Made by a program: the position numbers and the translations under genes. Shown here in pieces: positions 59,245 through 64,000 of a stretch of DNA of 64,000 bases. Source of the DNA: an uncultured Nitrospiraceae bacterium (GTDB taxonomy: Bacteria; Nitrospirota; Thermodesulfovibrionia; Thermodesulfovibrionales; SM23-35); NCBI GenBank assembly GCA_963727775.1, contig CAVSHB010000002.1:608001-672000 (forward strand). Reading direction: 5' to 3'. The notes beneath the pieces are model-generated. The model saw only the letters and a program-made list of their open reading frames with translations, did not search any database and was not told where the DNA came from. Positions within the stretch are counted from its first letter, which is position 1; every line of letters starts with the position of its first letter.

Positions 59245-59635
59245 ATGCCTTCCTCGAGAAAAAAGAAAAAGAAACAACATCCCCTCCTTTGGGTTGTTGA
59301 ACCCTTGCTGTAAGAAGCGAGTTATTTGGAAAAACCCATGTTTGGATGTCTTGCGGTTTATCTTCATGGGAGGCTTATGCTTGTTCTTGCATACAGGAGA
59401 AGAACCCTGGTATGGTTTAATGATCCCGACTGACTACCAGTTCCATCAAGATATCATGGAAGACTTTCCCGATGCAGTTCAACACTCTGTCCTGAAAAAA
59501 TGGCTTTACTTGCCTGAAGCAACAGAGGATTTTGAAACAGTGGCTTCTAATATTGTTGAGAGAGTTAGGATGAATTATCTCAGATTTGGGGTTGAACCCC
59601 AAGAACGGATTCCAAAGAGAAAAAGAAAATCATGA
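59245..59635 (+). pseudogene. TfoX-N-like gene with internal stop and frameshift
   Basis: MPSSRKK..VEPLL*EASYLEKPMFGCLAVY; TAA at 59311; shift near 59392 into GEEPW..KWLYL. Confidence 0.6.
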
Positions 59636-60156
59636 GAATAATCCACTGTACCCAAAAACTCCTGAAAGAACTTGATATCCCTCTTATCGAACCTGATAAG
59701 ATTCTTTCCACCCCTGAAGGGTTGGGAAACTGGTATGCAAATCTGATAGGGATTGACAGGAGAAGGTGCCTTCTTTTTACTAATGAAAAGACCCTTTATA
59801 CATTTCTTATCCCGAAGGTATTGAAGGATAATCTAAAGAATATTGAGGATGAATTTCTTACCCACCTTACTTATAATTTGCAAAATGAGGGCTTCGGTCT
59901 GGAGGTTATAAGCATCCAGCAGGAATATAAGGAAATAGGCTTTGCAAAAACCTCAAACAAGAGAGTTTTAGGTTTGTTGGATGAATTTGCATTCGAATAT
60001 GAATTTATGATTAGGCGAGAAGGTGGAATAGAAAAGGTGAAAATCCTTGAGATTAATCGGCAGATTAACAGGACTATCAAAGTAGCAATAAGGTACCAGT
60101 GTCCCATTGAGATTTTGAAGAAGGTGTTGCAGGGAGCTAACCCTATCTTTTCTTGA
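59632..60156 (+). CDS. DUF6933-like hypothetical protein
   Basis: IHCTQKLL, LGNWYAN, KTSNKRVLG. Confidence 0.6.
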   Translation: MRIIHCTQKLLKELDIPLIEPDKILSTPEGLGNWYANLIGIDRRRCLLFTNEKTLYTFLIPKVLKDNLKNIEDEFLTHLTYNLQNEGFGLEVISIQQEYKEIGFAKTSNKRVLGLLDEFAFEYEFMIRREGGIEKVKILEINRQINRTIKVAIRYQCPIEILKKVLQGANPIFS

Positions 60157-60373
60157 TTCCCTCAAGCAACCCAACCTCCCCAATTAACCTGTTCCCCAGG
60201 ATAACCAAGACTTCTTCATGTCTGTGGGCGTGGAGGAGGTGGGAAATCCTAATCTTAAAATAGAGCTTATCGGAAATAATCCTTACTATATTTCTTTGTC
60301 GATAAATTCATCACGGCACCATTTCAATAATTTTTCAACGCCGCCGTCCAGTGAAGATTTGCGGCAGAACTAC

Positions 60374-60433
60374 GCGGTAACGCCCCGCATCACCGGGAGC
60401 GTGAAACGCATCTCGTGCGTGAGGTTGTTGCGT
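60374..60433 (-). mobile_element. Isolated degenerate attC-like site
   Basis: Minus strand CGCAACAACCTCACGCAC...CCGGTGATGCGGGGCGTTACC, directly after a stop of a decayed TM-protein fragment. Confidence 0.45.
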
Positions 60434-60627
60434 TTCTAATCTTCATGAATAATATTCTTTTATGGCTCTGTTCTGATATATGGATTCTCAACAGCTATAT
60501 AATATAGCGTTCCTACGATTCCACCTACTATGCCAAGCCCCAGAACACCAACTCATAACTATGAGCTATAAAGTGCATAACTTTAAATTCTTATGGCATA
60601 TCAAGCATAACCCTCTTTTATTGGTTT

Positions 60628-61086
60628 TTAATGTTCCTTTTTTATTATTTTCCTTGCTTCATCAAGATCTCCTCCTTGAGCAAAAGCAATTGCTGACATA
60701 ATCCTCTCAAGCTTTTCCGAGAAAGCCTCTTTTATTTTAGCAAGTAATAAATCTATATCAGCAGGTTTTCTGAGGAAATCAAACCCTCCGAGTTTTTTTG
60801 CCTCTTCCTCATCCTTATCTGTGCCATGTCCTGTCAGGATAATCACCTGGATTTCTCGTTTTATCTTCTTAATCTCCCGAAGAACCTCTATTCCGTGGAG
60901 TCCTGGCATCTTCAGGTCCAGAACTATGACATCAGGCTCTATTTCCTTTATATAAGACAATGCCTGTTCTCCATCATAAACAGTATCCACTAGCAACTTC
61001 CTCATCCTGAGTCTCTGGGCAAGCGTATTCACAAAAGCTACTTCATCGTCAACCAGCAATACCTTGATGTCTTTCTTTTTTTTCAT
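60628..61086 (-). CDS. Response regulator (receiver plus short C-terminal helix)
   Basis: LVDDE, LDLKMP, LTGHG, KP. Confidence 0.92.
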   Translation of the reverse strand: MKKKKDIKVLLVDDEVAFVNTLAQRLRMRKLLVDTVYDGEQALSYIKEIEPDVIVLDLKMPGLHGIEVLREIKKIKREIQVIILTGHGTDKDEEEAKKLGGFDFLRKPADIDLLLAKIKEAFSEKLERIMSAIAFAQGGDLDEARKIIKKEH

Positions 61087-61152
61087 TGGTTACTCCTTCA
61101 TTAAATTAATTTTTTGCCAAGATACAATTGCAATAATACTTCCTTCATATTT

Positions 61153-61827
61153 TCAGATCCTGTTACTGCTAGAAGACAAAGAGATAGGGAACATTATCGT
61201 TGTTTCATCTGCAGTCTTCTGAGAAATATTCCCCCCCAATTGCTTTATTATATGCTTATAGATCTCGTCGTTGCATATCACCTCCTCATCTGTTTCTATC
61301 AAATTTCCCTTAGGAATGATCGTGATACCTATTGAGTCATGTGAATACACGGTTTTGATAATAATCCTGCTGTTTTTATCAAGCCGCTTGAGATGCTTCT
61401 CAATAAGGCAAAATATAATAAATTGAATCTTCAATGGATTACTATGAATTAAGGGCATGTTTGCAGTAAAGTCTTTTTCAAGACATATCATCTTCTGGTT
61501 TGTAACTCTGCGTAACAAGACCATAAGTTCTTCAATGCTTTTATGAATGTTGAAGGCAGATACGGGTTTCTCCATTCCGTGTCCAAAGCCATTAAGTTTG
61601 TTACAGAAATATGTTGTTTGTTCTATTTGATTTTTTATGGATTGGGTTATTTTTAAAATCTCCTTTAAATCCTTCCGAGACGATGTTTTTCCTAACTCTA
61701 TAAGATCTCCTATCAACCCGACTGACTCTTTTAAAATGGCGAGATGATTGTTGATCTCATGAGAAAATACAGATAAGACTTTCCCTATAAAACTCAAGTG
61801 AGAGGTAATTAATTCTTCGTATTCCAT
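61153..61827 (-). CDS. HisKA protein with degenerate ATPase domain (phosphotransferase-like)
   Basis: SHEINNHL retained; N, G1 and G2 boxes absent. Confidence 0.7.
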   Translation of the reverse strand: MEYEELITSHLSFIGKVLSVFSHEINNHLAILKESVGLIGDLIELGKTSSRKDLKEILKITQSIKNQIEQTTYFCNKLNGFGHGMEKPVSAFNIHKSIEELMVLLRRVTNQKMICLEKDFTANMPLIHSNPLKIQFIIFCLIEKHLKRLDKNSRIIIKTVYSHDSIGITIIPKGNLIETDEEVICNDEIYKHIIKQLGGNISQKTADETTIMFPISLSSSSNRI

Positions 61828-61837
61828 ATATTAACTC

Positions 61838-62221
61838 TTATGAATGTTTGCTTAAATTTCGTTTCTCATTAGCATTGTTAATTTTTACGATTAATTCACC
61901 CATATCTACAGGTTTCATAATATAATCAAATAGTGCGGTCGGAATTCCTTCGCCAGTTCCCTCTGTTTCTGGTTGACCTGTTAATAAAATAACTTCTATT
62001 GTAGGATCAACTTTTTTGATGGTTTTAAGAACCTCAAGGCCACCAATCCCCGGCATTCTTAGATCGAGTAATACCACATCTGGTGGATCACTTTGTGCGG
62101 TAGTAATTGCATCTTCACCACGATATACAGCCTTTACATCATAATTACGGAGGGTCAATCGTTCCGCTAATGTTGATGCAAATTCCACCTCATCATCTAC
62201 TATAAGCACCTTTGTGCTCAT
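61838..62221 (-). CDS. Single-domain response regulator
   Basis: IVDDE, LDLRMP, LTG, KP. Confidence 0.92.
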   Translation of the reverse strand: MSTKVLIVDDEVEFASTLAERLTLRNYDVKAVYRGEDAITTAQSDPPDVVLLDLRMPGIGGLEVLKTIKKVDPTIEVILLTGQPETEGTGEGIPTALFDYIMKPVDMGELIVKINNANEKRNLSKHS

Positions 62222-63411
62222 ACAACTTGTCCTTTAGCGAATTCTGAATTTGTTGGTATCTCCACGATAAACGTTGTTCCTTTATTGCCATCGTTCTCCA
62301 CAAGGATATTACCACCCAAATTTTTTACAATCCCGTATGTTATGGAGAGGCCAAGGCCCGTTCCTTTCCCCTTTTCTTTAGTTGTAAAGAAAGGTTCAAA
62401 GAGATGTTTCAGATCTTCACCTGAAATTCCGTGCCCATTGTCTTTAATAGATACCTTAACCATGTTTTCATCCTTTATATCAGTAGAAACAGCTATGAGA
62501 CCTCCATTTTCAACAGCGTCTATAGCATTCTTTATAATATTCAGAAATACCTGCTGAAGCTGTCCTTTATCACTCCTAACCTCTGGAAGACTTTCTTTGA
62601 GGTTCAGCTCTAAACGAATGTTCTTGTATAAAATCTCTTTTTCGAGAAATACGGTTACTTGTTTTATAATATCATTGAGGTCAAAGATTTCGATAGAGAC
62701 TTCTGTTTTTCGTGCAAATCCTAAAATGCGATGGGTAACTGTTCGGCAGCGATTTATGCTTTCAAATATCGCATCCAGTAAATTTAAAAACCTTGTCTTA
62801 TACTTAAAATCCTCTGACATTTCAAGAATGTCCTTCATTAAGCCTGCCTTTTCGTTGATTATGGCAAGGGGGTTATTTATTTCATGCGCCACACCCGCTG
62901 CAAATGTCCCAAGTATTGCAAGTTTTTCATATGCTATAAGTTGTGCCTGCTTCTCGTATAATTTTCCTACTGCCTCTTCAACTGCCTGTTCAAGAGAACT
63001 CTTTACATCCAGAAGTGCTATGTTTTCCTTCTTTAGTTTTACTTTCTCAACAGCCTCCTTCACAACCTTTCGTACCTCATCCAATTTATAAGGCTTTGCG
63101 ATATAATAGAATGCACCTTGTTTCATAGCATCAATTGCTGTTTCTAAGGTTGCATACCCTGTTATCATTATTACCTCTGTGTCAGGGTACAGCTCGCGGC
63201 ATCTCTTCAGTACCTGTATTCCGTCTACCTTCTCCATTCTTAAGTCAGTGAGGACAACATCAAATTGGTGTTCATCAAGAAGTTTCAGGGCATTTTGTCC
63301 GCTCCCGGTTCCTACGACCTCATAGCCCTCCTTTTTCATAATATGTACAAGGTTTCCCATGGCTACCTGTTCATCATCAACAATCAATAACTGCGCGATA
63401 CCCATAGTCAT
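62218..63411 (-). CDS. Hybrid receiver-histidine kinase
   Basis: NtrC-like receiver; AHEINNPL, NIIKNA, DNGHG, FFTTK, GTGLGL. Confidence 0.9.
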   Translation of the reverse strand: MTMGIAQLLIVDDEQVAMGNLVHIMKKEGYEVVGTGSGQNALKLLDEHQFDVVLTDLRMEKVDGIQVLKRCRELYPDTEVIMITGYATLETAIDAMKQGAFYYIAKPYKLDEVRKVVKEAVEKVKLKKENIALLDVKSSLEQAVEEAVGKLYEKQAQLIAYEKLAILGTFAAGVAHEINNPLAIINEKAGLMKDILEMSEDFKYKTRFLNLLDAIFESINRCRTVTHRILGFARKTEVSIEIFDLNDIIKQVTVFLEKEILYKNIRLELNLKESLPEVRSDKGQLQQVFLNIIKNAIDAVENGGLIAVSTDIKDENMVKVSIKDNGHGISGEDLKHLFEPFFTTKEKGKGTGLGLSITYGIVKNLGGNILVENDGNKGTTFIVEIPTNSEFAKGQVV

Positions 63412-64000
63412 GCCCTTCCCATTTGTAATCGTATTAAAAAAAAGGAGGTTTCCTCCCCGACCTTACTGTAAACCCTAATACAGCTGTTATGTTCTTCAAT
63501 CATTTCCTCAACGACGTAGAGTCCGAGTCCTGAGCCTTTTCTTATATCGATTGGTGCTGAGTCTTTTTCAGAGTCTTTCGTGGTAAAGAAGGGATCAAAT
63601 ATTTGCGGTAGAATTTCTGGTGGGATTCCTTCACCTGTGTCTTGTATCTTAATATCGATAGAATCCTTACCAACAGGACATTCACCAGTACACGTACCAC
63701 TATATTTTGACAAGTTACAACCATGTTCTTTTACTGCTGTTTTTTCCTTTTCAAAATGTTTTTGTGCCCTGATGAACACCTTCACTTTTTCCTCCATGGA
63801 TTCCGCAGCATTTTTTATCAGATTCAAAAATGCCTGCTGCATATGTTGTTTATCTGCAAAGATCATTATATCGCTCGGAATTTCGAGAATAGTTTCGACT
63901 CCTTCTGGTATAGTACCTTATAAGAGATAGTATAGTCTCTTCAACAAGTTTATTCAGTTGATATGATTCCTTTTTGAATTCTCTTTGCCTTGAGAACTCT
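63408..64000 (-). pseudogene. C-terminal part of a histidine kinase, frameshifted near 63920, runs off the window
   Basis: HATPase boxes present; upstream EFSRQREF..LVEETI is in a different frame from GTIPEGVE..MIFADKQ. Confidence 0.6.

Larger units (their letters stand above)
59118..60238 (+). repeat. ~60-bp imperfect direct repeats (59118-59178 and 60176-60238)
   Basis: Shared CTCCCCA..TAAC...TTCCCCAGGATAACC.AGACTTC....TGTCTG.GG.CGTG. Confidence 0.7.

Noticed and set aside
1..64000. CRISPR array, rRNA or tRNA genes
   Set aside because: No regularly spaced repeat-spacer series, cas genes or recognisable tRNA/rRNA seen by eye

Overview
64-kb bacterial chromosomal segment. The gene content (Tmc/Hmc redox complex, DsrC-like remnant, corrinoid activator, CIRCE-controlled groESL, citramalate synthase) points to an anaerobic sulfur-cycling lineage such as Thermodesulfovibrionia (Nitrospirota) or Desulfobacterota; this taxonomy is inferred. 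1-21 kb is mostly housekeeping (epimerase, rsmE, lspA, ileS, EF-G paralog, panC, RACo/ASKHA, lysC, cimA, ispG, mltG, groESL) plus a DUF2844/DUF3443 pair. 21-31 kb holds a 13-heme cytochrome c + cytochrome b module, a six-gene RNA-chaperone cluster (csp, hypothetical, RRM, KH, DEAD helicase, RNase H) and NamZ next to a MurU-AmgK fusion. 31-33 kb looks like an integrase-less integron cassette array with a HicBA pair. 35-46 kb is a sigma54/DUF134-controlled NifX-Mrp-MinD/ferredoxin island. 46-54 kb is a hybrid tmcD-tmcC-tmcB-hmcA-hmcD-hmcB-hmcC operon. 56-60 kb is a decayed mobile region in which an IS1182-type element interrupts a DUF927 pseudogene. 60-64 kb is a two-component cluster. Strongest observations: (1) tmcB is split only by an in-frame TGA at the Cys of the CCG-domain ECGH motif and is followed by a SECIS-like hairpin, so it is probably a selenoprotein; (2) a 20-bp palindrome sits at the same position in the promoters of the DUF134 gene and the sigma54 activator, suggesting a DUF134 -> activator -> sigma54 cascade. 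All family assignments are by motif recognition; no database searches were run.
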